Shown here: positions 36,921 to 46,151 of the stretch, piece after piece
How positions within the stretch are numbered: position 1 is the stretch's first letter
How the letters are laid out: every line of letters starts with the position of its first letter
From: Bacilli bacterium
GTDB lineage: Bacteria; Bacillota_I; Bacilli_A; RFN20; CAG-826
Direction of reading: 5' to 3'
NCBI GenBank assembly: GCA_017534425.1
Contig: JAFXWB010000052.1
Location: 1-57,757 of the forward strand
DNA length: 57,757 nucleotides
The notes under the pieces: model-generated
Databases searched by the model: none
The model's input: only the letters and a program-made list of their open reading frames with translations
What the model was told of the DNA's origin: nothing
Position numbers and translations under genes: made by a program

Positions 36921-38668
36921 CAGAAAAAGTAAAAGTTGCAATTCCATTATTACCGCGTCGTCCTGGTTGTTATTTAATGAAGGATAAGGATGACAAGGTT
37001 ATTTATATTGGCAAAGCCAAGAATCTATATAACCGTGTCAGCCAATACTTTTTAAGACCACAAGTAGGTAAAGTCGCAGCAATGGTCTCGCACGTTGACC
37101 ATTTTGAAACAATCATAACTAAAACTGATAAAGAATCATTCATTTTAGAGATGAATCTTGTTCATAAATACTATCCTCGTTACAACATTTTGTTGAAGGA
37201 CGGTAAACATTACCCTTATATCGCACTAAAAAAGAAAAATGATCCATATTTAAGGATTGCTCGAAATGATTTTGATAAGAATTTCTACTATTTTGGTCCA
37301 TTTCCTACTTCCAGCTACGCATATTCAGTAATTGATTTACTTAATAAGCTTTTCCCAACAAGAAAATGCGCCAATATCAAAACTGAACCATGTCTTTATT
37401 ATCATATGGGCATGTGTCTCGCACCTTGTATTAATAAGGTTAGTGAAGAAGAAAATGACAAACTCTTCAATAACATCAAAACATTCTTAGAGGGAAATAA
37501 CCCTGAAATTGTTAAAGATTTAAAGGAAAAAATGGTGGAAGCCTCTAATAATCTTGAGTTCGAAAAAGCAAATGATTTAAAAAAGACTCTAGACGCTATT
37601 GATCATGTCTTATCTAAACAAGGCGTTGAAAATAAAGATCATATTGATAGAGATGTATTCGCATATACGACAAGAAACGGATATTTGTCTCTCGCAATAC
37701 TCACTTATCGTAAAGGACTATTGCTCGGAAAAGAATCATATATTGTTGAAGAATTTGGAGATAATGTTGAGCAAATTTCTGACCTTATTTTCCAATATTA
37801 TGAGACCCATTCTTTACCGAAAGAAATACTCATGAATATTGATGGAGTTAGTGAAGTTTTAAGCGAACTTTTACCTACTAAATTCGTATCAGTTACCAAA
37901 GGTAAATTAATCGAATTAATTGAGATGGCAAACCTCAATGCGGTGCAGTCATTAGACTCTCATTTTATGTCTGCTAGACTCACTGATGATAACTCCTCCT
38001 TACTTGAAGATTTAGGTAACAGATTAGGCATCAAAACTCCTTATCGAATTGAACTATTTGATAACTCTCACATTCAAGGTGATGCCCCTGTTGGAGCGAT
38101 GGTTGTTTTCATCAATGGTGAACCACTAAAAAAGATGTATCGAAAGTTCAACATTGAAGGTAAAGAAAAACGTGATGATTACGCCTCAATGAAGGAAGTA
38201 ATGAGAAGAAGATATTCGCGTTTAATTGAAGAAAATGCTGATTTTCCGGACTTAATTTTAACTGATGGTGGTTTAGGACAGATTCACGCTGGTAGTGAAG
38301 TCATTGAAGAACTTGGATTATCAATTCCAGTTTTTGGCTTATTCAAGAACGATAAACACCAGACAAAAGGACTCATGGACAAGGGTGGAAATGTCATTTC
38401 ACTTGATGACAATAAATCGTTATTTTTCTTACTTGTAAGAATGCAAGACGAAGTTCATCGTTTTGCAATTACTTTTCATCATCAAAAAAGAAGCAAAAAT
38501 TTCACCAAATCAATCCTCGATGATATTGAAGGCTTGGGTCCAAAAAGGAAACAACTAATTTTGGACCACTACACTGATATAGATTCACTCAAAAATGCGA
38601 CTGTTGAAGAGTTATCTCAATACCTTCCAAAAGAAGTCGCTATCAAGGTAAAAGAAAAGATAAATTAA
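36917..38668 (+). CDS. uvrC: Excinuclease ABC subunit C
   Basis: PGCYLM..VIYIGKAKNL, YFGPF, RIELFDNSH, DGGLGQ, QDEVHRFAI, HhH. Confidence 0.97.
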   Translation: MTEKVKVAIPLLPRRPGCYLMKDKDDKVIYIGKAKNLYNRVSQYFLRPQVGKVAAMVSHVDHFETIITKTDKESFILEMNLVHKYYPRYNILLKDGKHYPYIALKKKNDPYLRIARNDFDKNFYYFGPFPTSSYAYSVIDLLNKLFPTRKCANIKTEPCLYYHMGMCLAPCINKVSEEENDKLFNNIKTFLEGNNPEIVKDLKEKMVEASNNLEFEKANDLKKTLDAIDHVLSKQGVENKDHIDRDVFAYTTRNGYLSLAILTYRKGLLLGKESYIVEEFGDNVEQISDLIFQYYETHSLPKEILMNIDGVSEVLSELLPTKFVSVTKGKLIELIEMANLNAVQSLDSHFMSARLTDDNSSLLEDLGNRLGIKTPYRIELFDNSHIQGDAPVGAMVVFINGEPLKKMYRKFNIEGKEKRDDYASMKEVMRRRYSRLIEENADFPDLILTDGGLGQIHAGSEVIEELGLSIPVFGLFKNDKHQTKGLMDKGGNVISLDDNKSLFFLLVRMQDEVHRFAITFHHQKRSKNFTKSILDDIEGLGPKRKQLILDHYTDIDSLKNATVEELSQYLPKEVAIKVKEKIN

Positions 38669-38702
38669 ACGAATTTCTATTATGAAATTTGTTTTTTTGT
38701 TA

Positions 38703-38716
38703 TGTAAGCGTTATCT
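38703..38716. promoter_or_regulatory. cre/LacI-family operator-like site
   Basis: TGTAAGCGTTATCT fits the TGWAANCGNTNWCA consensus except for the last base; TATAAT at 38794-38799 downstream. Confidence 0.6.
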
Positions 38717-38836
38717 TTTTTAATATAATATATTAAGATTTACTAAATCAACCTCAAAGAAAAATATATTCTTTGAAATACTTAAAATACTTGTATAATT
38801 AAAATAATTATTTATCCCAATAAGGGGGAAAACAAT

Positions 38837-40033
38837 ATGAGAAAATTAAGATTAATTACTATGCTTTCTGCATTCATTCTTGTTGCGGCAGGTGCTTTAG
38901 GACTTGCGAATTTAAAAGAAGGCAAGAAAGCTCAAGTTGCTGAAGCATCTGAACACGCAATTGCTTTAGGCAACAGCGGAAAGATTTTTTTGCAACTAAA
39001 TACAAGCGATTGGAGATCAACAAGTTCAAAAATTTGCTTATATATGTTTAATAACTCAGTAAGCAAAAGCGCTTGGGGTTCATTTGTAACTCCTTCTTCA
39101 GGATCAAGATTTGTTGAATACTCATATTCACTAGATTTTACTCCAAATCAATGTATTGCCTGGCGTGTTGACCCGGGTGTTGGTACTATGGGCGATTGGT
39201 GTTGGGAAAATGATCGTGGCAATAGTGCTATATGGTCAACAACTAACGACACAACATTTAATCATGTCGTTTATTTAGGAAATTATTATCAAAATAGTAA
39301 ATGGACTGAATCAGGGGCATACGACTTAAATGCAGTTGTTAAGGGCGGATCAAGTGACAATTGGTCTGTTGCTACTGTTAATACACAATTAACACATGCA
39401 AAAGTTAATGGTTCAGATAATTTAGAAGTTTTTGGTGAAGTTTCTTTACCTGCAAACACTTATTTTAAAGTTTTAAAAGGTGATTCAACTTGGTGTGGCT
39501 CTTATAGCGCATATTCATCAATTTCATCAAATTTTAGTGGTGGTGGCGAAAGCAACATCCATAATACTGCTGCTGGAACATATGAGTTTTATTTTGATTA
39601 TGATGGTCAATCAACGTACATAACCGATCCTGTAATTGCTGCGGCTGATGAATGGTCTCAAGATTTCCTTTCAACTGTTGGTTGCGATTCTACTGGTAAA
39701 AATGCACCTACTGGTTGGGCAGCAAATGCATCCACTTATAGTGCATTATCTGGCTCTGTAAAGAATTACATTTATGCTGCTTCTGCTAAAGAAGATGGAA
39801 CATATACAGAACAAGCAGTTGCTCGCTATGATGCTGCATTAAGAAGTCACCCATCATTAACAAAATTTATTGTTAATAGTTCAAGTCAAGCTAGAGGCGC
39901 TAATGTTAACGTTAATCCATTAGCAAGCAACTCAAATAATTCAAATATTGTAATTGCTATTGTTATTGTTTCTTTAGTTTCAGTGACTGCTATTGGTGGA
40001 TACTTCTTCATCAAGAGAAGACAAGAAAACTAA
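38837..40033 (+). CDS. Surface protein: signal peptide, putative starch-binding modules (CBM26-like and SusE/F-like), helical C-terminal domain, TM anchor with basic tail
   Basis: Trp-rich N-terminal domain; VSLPANTYFKV...W...NF..NI...AGTYEFYFD module; C-terminal IVIAIVIVSLVSVTAIGGYFFIKRRQEN. Confidence 0.6.
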   Translation: MRKLRLITMLSAFILVAAGALGLANLKEGKKAQVAEASEHAIALGNSGKIFLQLNTSDWRSTSSKICLYMFNNSVSKSAWGSFVTPSSGSRFVEYSYSLDFTPNQCIAWRVDPGVGTMGDWCWENDRGNSAIWSTTNDTTFNHVVYLGNYYQNSKWTESGAYDLNAVVKGGSSDNWSVATVNTQLTHAKVNGSDNLEVFGEVSLPANTYFKVLKGDSTWCGSYSAYSSISSNFSGGGESNIHNTAAGTYEFYFDYDGQSTYITDPVIAAADEWSQDFLSTVGCDSTGKNAPTGWAANASTYSALSGSVKNYIYAASAKEDGTYTEQAVARYDAALRSHPSLTKFIVNSSSQARGANVNVNPLASNSNNSNIVIAIVIVSLVSVTAIGGYFFIKRRQEN

Positions 40034-40054
40034 TTTAGGTAGTTCTAATTAATT

Positions 40055-40083
40055 AAGCCAATCCATATTGGGTTGGCTTTTTT
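40055..40083 (+). terminator. Intrinsic terminator
   Basis: AAGCCAATCC-ATATT-GGGTTGGCTT-TTT. Confidence 0.85.
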
Positions 40084-40128
40084 AAAACATAAATAATAAC
40101 GATAAATCCTTATTTTAATGTTTTCTCC

Positions 40129-40192
40129 TTGACTGGGTAAATTCCGAAGAATAGTATATTCTTATAAGATGTTTGTAAGCGCTTTTACAAAC
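40129..40192 (+). promoter_or_regulatory. Starch operon promoter with a downstream cre/LacI-type operator
   Basis: TTGACT(40129)-17-TAGTAT(40152). GTTTGTAA-GCGCTT-TTACAAAC at 40171-40192. Confidence 0.7.
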
Positions 40193-40242
40193 GTAAACAT
40201 TTCGTTTAATATCCTAATGATGGTCGCCCGGAGGAAAATAAG

Positions 40243-42405
40243 ATGAAAAAAAGTCTATTTCTCGTGACGGTTAGCTTAGCTGTTCCGTTCCTTTTTTCAT
40301 GTTCAAACGAAGATGCTATAGTTGCTCTCGAATCCATTTCTCTAGACAAAAGTAGTGTAACACTCAAAGTTGGTGAAGAAACAACATTAAAGGTAACCAA
40401 AAATCCTGCAAATGCGACCGCAGGTTTTCTTTGGGAAACTTCGAATCATGATTCTGTTACAGTTACTGCTGGAAAACTTCATGCATATTCCGTTCCTAAG
40501 GATGGACAAGATGTTGTTATTACAGTTATGAATAAAGAGAAAACTATTTCTGCATCTTGTTCTGTTCATGTTGATCCAAAAGACCCGCCAGCTCCAGCCA
40601 CTACTGATGGCGTAACCATTAGTGTTAACAGGCTAGATATGGTTCTCGGAGAAGATGACGCAAATTTAATTGCAACAGTTACTCCTTTAGATGCTGGTAA
40701 TAGAGATATTACATGGACTATTTCTGAGGGTGGTGTTGTTTCAAAAGTTAGTGAAACTCAACCTGATGCTAATGCAAGCACTTTAGTTGCTCAAAAGTCT
40801 TCCGTTTTAACACTTCATGCTCAGTCGGCTGGTTATGCAACCGTAACTGCAACAGATGAAAGTGGTGAATTTTCAGCGCAAGCAATTGTTGTCGTTTCAA
40901 TGCCTGCAGAAATTCACTATGTAGACGCGATTAATTTTGTTAATGATGATGCAACAATTATTGTTGGCGGCACTACTCAAAACCCAATTTCATATCATCC
41001 ATCTAATGCTATTGACAAAGGTGTTACTTATTCTTCAAATAACGAAGCTGTTGCTACTGTAAATCCAACTACCGGTGTTGTTGAAGGTCAATCAATTGGC
41101 GATGCATTAATTACTGCAACATTAGTTGCTAATAATGCTATTACAGATAGTTATGAAGTTCATGTTGTAGCAGATAGTCAAATTTTAAATGTTTATCATG
41201 ATTCAATTCTTAACACTGTTGATTTACAACTTAAAGACGGTGCAGGAACCGAATATGTAATATATAATTACTTACTTTCCAAAAATGATGAATTTATCGG
41301 ATTTATCCATGGAGTAAATTATGGTTTTGATGTTTTAAAAGATGGTGGAGTAAGTTCTAATTTTGAAATCGGCTCACACACTAACTATTTAAAGGCAAAA
41401 GAAACCATTTTATGTGATATTTATATTGAAACAGGTGAACCTGATGGTTCTGGAAATAGAATCTACATTGATACTCACACAATGATGAGTCTAGCTTCCG
41501 GAGCATCTGATTGGGCATATAATCCAATTTCATTAAAGCCAAGTTCAGATTCAGAATATCTTGTAGAAAATATTGCTTTAACAAAAGGTTCAAAATTTGT
41601 ATTCAATATTCGTCAAACATATTTCCACTTTAGTGATTTAAAGAGTGATTCTCCTGTTAAAGATTATTTTGAAGGTGATGTTGACAACAATTTTGTAGTC
41701 AAGTTTAGCGGAACATACACAATATATGTTGAAACTGTTACTGCTGATGGAAACGGTGACTTTATTTATATTGATGGAGCACCATCAGGAAACGCACAAA
41801 TTTTAAGAAACGGTGCTGGTGATCCTGAAACTCCAATTGCTCTTTCCTTAAAACCAGGTTTCCATAATGAATTTTTAATTCATAGTATTACTTTAGCTGT
41901 CGGAGATAAGATTAAATTCTTCATGGATGACACTTATTTTGCCCTTAAATCTGGTGGATATAGTGACAAATTCGCATATGATAATGGAACAAAATATTTA
42001 ACTTGTAATACTGCCGGAACATATGATTTTTATGTCAAATTCTTAGGAGATGACTTAGGAATTTATGTAACTGGTCCAGTTCAAAATGTAACCTATACAG
42101 TTGAAAATATTCCATCTTGGTGGACTGATGCAAGTGCTCATATTTATGCTTGGGCTTTTGAAGACGGCATCGCTAATAGCGGTCATTGGTATGAAGGCGC
42201 AGCAAATGGTTCAAATATGGAATTTTTAATTCCATCAAATTATAACAAAGCCATCTTTGTTCGTGTTAGCGGAGCAATTGCTGATTTATCAGTTTGGAAC
42301 GCAAGCACACTTGATGGAATGGAAAAATGGAATAGAGCAGATGATGTTGCTTTATCAGGCGCTACATCAACTATTTCATTTGATTTAGGTGCATGGCACG
42401 ACTAG
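40243..42405 (+). CDS. Non-catalytic lipoprotein: three Big_2 Ig-like domains, three SusE/F-like modules, C-terminal CBM26-like domain
   Basis: Lipobox LFSC. Big_2 patterns (LKVGE.TTL..T..P.NAT; P.NA.DK.VTYSSNNEAVATV). Three E(Y/F).....L..G..F...G.Y..Y modules. PSWW...IYAWAF...W...IFVR. Confidence 0.65.
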   Translation: MKKSLFLVTVSLAVPFLFSCSNEDAIVALESISLDKSSVTLKVGEETTLKVTKNPANATAGFLWETSNHDSVTVTAGKLHAYSVPKDGQDVVITVMNKEKTISASCSVHVDPKDPPAPATTDGVTISVNRLDMVLGEDDANLIATVTPLDAGNRDITWTISEGGVVSKVSETQPDANASTLVAQKSSVLTLHAQSAGYATVTATDESGEFSAQAIVVVSMPAEIHYVDAINFVNDDATIIVGGTTQNPISYHPSNAIDKGVTYSSNNEAVATVNPTTGVVEGQSIGDALITATLVANNAITDSYEVHVVADSQILNVYHDSILNTVDLQLKDGAGTEYVIYNYLLSKNDEFIGFIHGVNYGFDVLKDGGVSSNFEIGSHTNYLKAKETILCDIYIETGEPDGSGNRIYIDTHTMMSLASGASDWAYNPISLKPSSDSEYLVENIALTKGSKFVFNIRQTYFHFSDLKSDSPVKDYFEGDVDNNFVVKFSGTYTIYVETVTADGNGDFIYIDGAPSGNAQILRNGAGDPETPIALSLKPGFHNEFLIHSITLAVGDKIKFFMDDTYFALKSGGYSDKFAYDNGTKYLTCNTAGTYDFYVKFLGDDLGIYVTGPVQNVTYTVENIPSWWTDASAHIYAWAFEDGIANSGHWYEGAANGSNMEFLIPSNYNKAIFVRVSGAIADLSVWNASTLDGMEKWNRADDVALSGATSTISFDLGAWHD

Positions 42406-42415
42406 GAGGATGCTT

Positions 42416-45091
42416 ATGAAGAAAAAAAGACTTTTACTATTAGCAACACTTCCAATGTTGGCTTTAGCAGGTTGTACAATTGGTCAAAAAGAAAAAGAAG
42501 AGACTACACCTGAAGAGCCAGCAACAAATCCTGATACTGAAAACTTGGATGGCGATGATTACGATACATGGGCCAATTCATGGTCTAAACCTGGCCATGT
42601 TTATTTCCATTACAATCGTGGATCATCTGCAAATGACTACACAAACTATTGTTTGTGGGTTTGGCCATTCTATCCAGATTCATTAGAAGGAACTCTATGG
42701 GGTTATGGAGGAAAAACTCAAGTTTCCGACACATTAACCTTAAAACCGATGTCTACTGCTTTCATGACAAATAAAAATCTTGGATTCAGTGGCGACACAC
42801 CTTATAAGGATAAATTTGGTGTTATTTATGATGTTGATTTAACTAACACCGACTTAGTCGGTGGTAAAACAGGTACTTCAGTATCATTTGAAGGCACTAC
42901 TGAAATTGGTTTCCTCTTCCCAAGAGTTGACTCTATGGACGGAAGTAAGAACTGGATTAGTGATGGTGGTACTGAAAATTATATTGAAGATTACGCTAAA
43001 CCAGAAAACTGGCGTTCTGTTGGAGATGGAAAAGCATTACATATTTTCACTCAAACAGGAAGCTTAGAAGATTATAGATATTTTGCTGGAAGTGGCAGTG
43101 ACTATGTTGAACCAGTTAAAAATCCAATCGATGAAGATACAACAGGTCAATATAGATCTAAATTTGACACTATTACAGCATGTACAGATCCAACACCGAC
43201 AGATGATAAATTCAAATCAATGGGCGTTGGTTATCAAATCTTTGTTGCCTCATTTAGAGACTCAAACGGTGATGGTATCGGTGATATCCGCGGTATTATT
43301 GATTCTTTAGATTATTTAGAAGATTTAGGCGTTCAATGTTTATGGTTAACTCCAATTCAAAAATCAGGTTCATATCATGGATATGACACTATTGATTACA
43401 AGGAAGTTGATAAACGTTTCGGAACCATGGAAGACTATGAAGAATTACTCACAAAAGCTCATAGTCGTGGAATGACAGTCTTAATGGACTTAGTTTTAAA
43501 TCACACTTCAAAATCAAATCAATGGTTCACTAAATCAAAATGGGCAAAAGAAGAAGATGGTTTCAAATGGAGAGACGTCTATACTTGGAAATACGAAACA
43601 GATAAAATCCAAAAAGCTAAGTTAGAAAAACAAGGCAATAAATGGGTTGTTACAGATTACGATAGAATAACCGTTAAAGAGGATGCCGAATCAGATAGTC
43701 CATCATGGTTCAGAGATGGTGAATCTCACTACTATTATTATGGTAAATTCGGTTCTGGCATGCCTGAAATTAACTATGAAAGTAAAGCTACAAGAGATTT
43801 AATTATCGATACTGCTAAATTCTGGATTGATAAAGGTCTTGACGGCTTCAGACTTGACGCTGTTAAACATATTTATATGTTTGATGAATATTGCAAAGAA
43901 AATGGTGATATCGATGGTCAAAATACTGACTTTATTATCACTGACGTTGGCGAAAAGACATCATACGATGAAGAAAAAGGAAAATACGTTCCAAAGAAAT
44001 ATGACTATTCTTCAAATTTAACAAAGAACGTCAACTGGTGGAAAGAATTCTCCTCAAAACTTAAAGCTTATGCTTCAAGCAAATCAAAACCATGTTTCTT
44101 AGTTGGTGAAAACTTTGATGGTTGGGGAACAAGAACTGCTCCATATTATCAAGCTCTTGATTCTCAATTTGATTTCTCCAATTATTATCACGTACCAGCA
44201 TGGATATATAACACAGACGCAGGCGCTTCCTCTTTTGATACTAAAGTAGATCAAGCTGGACAAGCTTTTGAGACTTATGATGCGTTTGCATATGGCGGAG
44301 ATGATTATCCATATGGTGATGGCGGAGACAAGATTCCTGGCGGAAAACGCTCAGACTTCATTAATGGTGCATTTACATCTAACCATGACGTTATGAGACT
44401 TATTAACCAAGCAAATGGTATTGGAAATAAAGACAGCACTACAGCTGCTGATAATGTTAAATACGGTGATGAATATGCTGAAGGAAAAGCTAAATTCCAA
44501 GCCGCTGTTACTATCTTAAATCCTGGACTTTCTTGGATTTATTATGGTGATGAACTTGGTATGACATCAAATACATATGAGCATATTGAAAAGTATGGTT
44601 CAGAGAACAATATGGATATTTGGTATCGTCAACCTTTCCTTTGGAAAGAAAGGAAGGTTCGTGCCAATTATAAATCTGGTCAATATGCCTTTGAACTTGA
44701 TGAACACAATCGTCATTTGGTTAATAATGATGAAGGTATTTCTTACAAAGCAGTCTTAAATGATGAAGGAAATGTTACAGGTCATAAGATTGCAACACTT
44801 TCAACAATGTATCCTTACTTCAAAACTCTTACTAACATTAAGAGAAATTATCCAAAAGGCGCAATGATTAGATTTGAATATTCAAGTGAGAATGTTTTAA
44901 GAATCGTTGTTTCTCAAGGCGCGGAAGATAAGATGGTAATCTTCTTAAATAACGGCAGAAATACAAATGAATACCTCATGAATGTTGATGCTGGATTTAG
45001 TTACTTAGATTCTACAGAAGGCGCAGCAAATGCTGCTGGTGGAGATATTGGTAAATCTTCATATGGCGTTTGTGCCTTTATAAAGGGGTGA
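42416..45091 (+). CDS. Lipoprotein GH13 alpha-amylase (AmyA/SusG-like) with an N-terminal CBM41-like domain
   Basis: Lipobox LAGC. HYNR...Y.LWVW. DSNGDGIGD, YHGYD, DLVLNH; catalytic GFRLDAVKH, VGEN, NHD; YYGDELGM. AGGAGG RBS before ATG 42416. Confidence 0.9.
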   Translation: MKKKRLLLLATLPMLALAGCTIGQKEKEETTPEEPATNPDTENLDGDDYDTWANSWSKPGHVYFHYNRGSSANDYTNYCLWVWPFYPDSLEGTLWGYGGKTQVSDTLTLKPMSTAFMTNKNLGFSGDTPYKDKFGVIYDVDLTNTDLVGGKTGTSVSFEGTTEIGFLFPRVDSMDGSKNWISDGGTENYIEDYAKPENWRSVGDGKALHIFTQTGSLEDYRYFAGSGSDYVEPVKNPIDEDTTGQYRSKFDTITACTDPTPTDDKFKSMGVGYQIFVASFRDSNGDGIGDIRGIIDSLDYLEDLGVQCLWLTPIQKSGSYHGYDTIDYKEVDKRFGTMEDYEELLTKAHSRGMTVLMDLVLNHTSKSNQWFTKSKWAKEEDGFKWRDVYTWKYETDKIQKAKLEKQGNKWVVTDYDRITVKEDAESDSPSWFRDGESHYYYYGKFGSGMPEINYESKATRDLIIDTAKFWIDKGLDGFRLDAVKHIYMFDEYCKENGDIDGQNTDFIITDVGEKTSYDEEKGKYVPKKYDYSSNLTKNVNWWKEFSSKLKAYASSKSKPCFLVGENFDGWGTRTAPYYQALDSQFDFSNYYHVPAWIYNTDAGASSFDTKVDQAGQAFETYDAFAYGGDDYPYGDGGDKIPGGKRSDFINGAFTSNHDVMRLINQANGIGNKDSTTAADNVKYGDEYAEGKAKFQAAVTILNPGLSWIYYGDELGMTSNTYEHIEKYGSENNMDIWYRQPFLWKERKVRANYKSGQYAFELDEHNRHLVNNDEGISYKAVLNDEGNVTGHKIATLSTMYPYFKTLTNIKRNYPKGAMIRFEYSSENVLRIVVSQGAEDKMVIFLNNGRNTNEYLMNVDAGFSYLDSTEGAANAAGGDIGKSSYGVCAFIKG

Positions 45092-45096
45092 TTTGT

Positions 45097-46137
45097 ATGA
45101 AGAAAACTCGCATTTTAACTTTCTTATTAGCGTTTTCTATGATGGGTGTTACATCATGTGTTAAATACAATGGTGTTCCACAAGTCAAAGAAGAAGAATC
45201 ATCCGCTATAACAGTTACTTTATCTGCTTCCTCAATGGATCTAAAAGTTGGTGATGGTGGTAAAACCTTTACCGCTACTTTAGCTTCTGAAGAAGTTCAA
45301 ATTGAAGATAAAAAAGTTGCTATAGCAAGTGATAATGAAGAAATTGCTGTCACTGATGTCAAAGAAGCTGAAGATGGCGCAAATATTAGAGTTAAAGGTC
45401 TAAAAGAAGGATCTGCTAATATTACTGTTACTTCTAAACAAGATCCAACCGGAAAAGCTGTCTTAAAAGTAAAAGTTACTAGTGGAGATGGCACATTTGC
45501 TGTTGAATCAGTTTCAGTAAAGGACGAAAGTGTTACCTTACTTGAAGGTGAAACAAGTCAAATCGAATGGACTGTTTTACCAGAGAACGCGACTGTTAAA
45601 GACGTTGAATTCTCAACCAGCGATGCTAATGTTGCAACAGTTAATTCAACTGGTTTAATTACCGCAGTTAAAAAAGGAACTGCAGAGATTGCTGTTACTA
45701 CTAAGAGCGGTGGTAAAAAAGCTTCAGTTGCAGTCACAGTTAATGAAGATACAACTTTAGTTGAAAATGCATACTACTTAATGGGCGGTGACGAAGCAAG
45801 TGATAGTACTGTTTGGACTACTCCAAAGAAATCACGCGAGTTTACACTTAATGAAGGTGGCGGCTCAGGAAAAGAATATTTTGTCACATTCGAATGCTCT
45901 GCTGGAGAATCCTTTAAAGCCGTTCAATATAAAGGAACAAACCCATTAATTTGGTTAGAAATTTATGACTTCGGTGGTTCAAATCACAGTGGTGCTAAAG
46001 ATGGATGCGCAACAGTTGATGGTGGTAACCTGAAAATTGCAAGTGCTGGTAAATACACTATTTATTTGGATATTGGCATTCATGATGATACAGACACTAA
46101 CTGTGTCAAATATTGGATCCAACAAGCAGTTAATTAA
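45097..46137 (+). CDS. Non-catalytic lipoprotein: two Big_2 domains plus one SusE/F-like module
   Basis: Lipobox TSC. VLPENATVKDVEFSTSDANVATV. YYLMG...W...EY.......GESFK...W...GNLKIASAGKYTIYLD. Confidence 0.7.
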   Translation: MKKTRILTFLLAFSMMGVTSCVKYNGVPQVKEEESSAITVTLSASSMDLKVGDGGKTFTATLASEEVQIEDKKVAIASDNEEIAVTDVKEAEDGANIRVKGLKEGSANITVTSKQDPTGKAVLKVKVTSGDGTFAVESVSVKDESVTLLEGETSQIEWTVLPENATVKDVEFSTSDANVATVNSTGLITAVKKGTAEIAVTTKSGGKKASVAVTVNEDTTLVENAYYLMGGDEASDSTVWTTPKKSREFTLNEGGGSGKEYFVTFECSAGESFKAVQYKGTNPLIWLEIYDFGGSNHSGAKDGCATVDGGNLKIASAGKYTIYLDIGIHDDTDTNCVKYWIQQAVN

Positions 46138-46151
46138 TAGGAGGATTGAAT

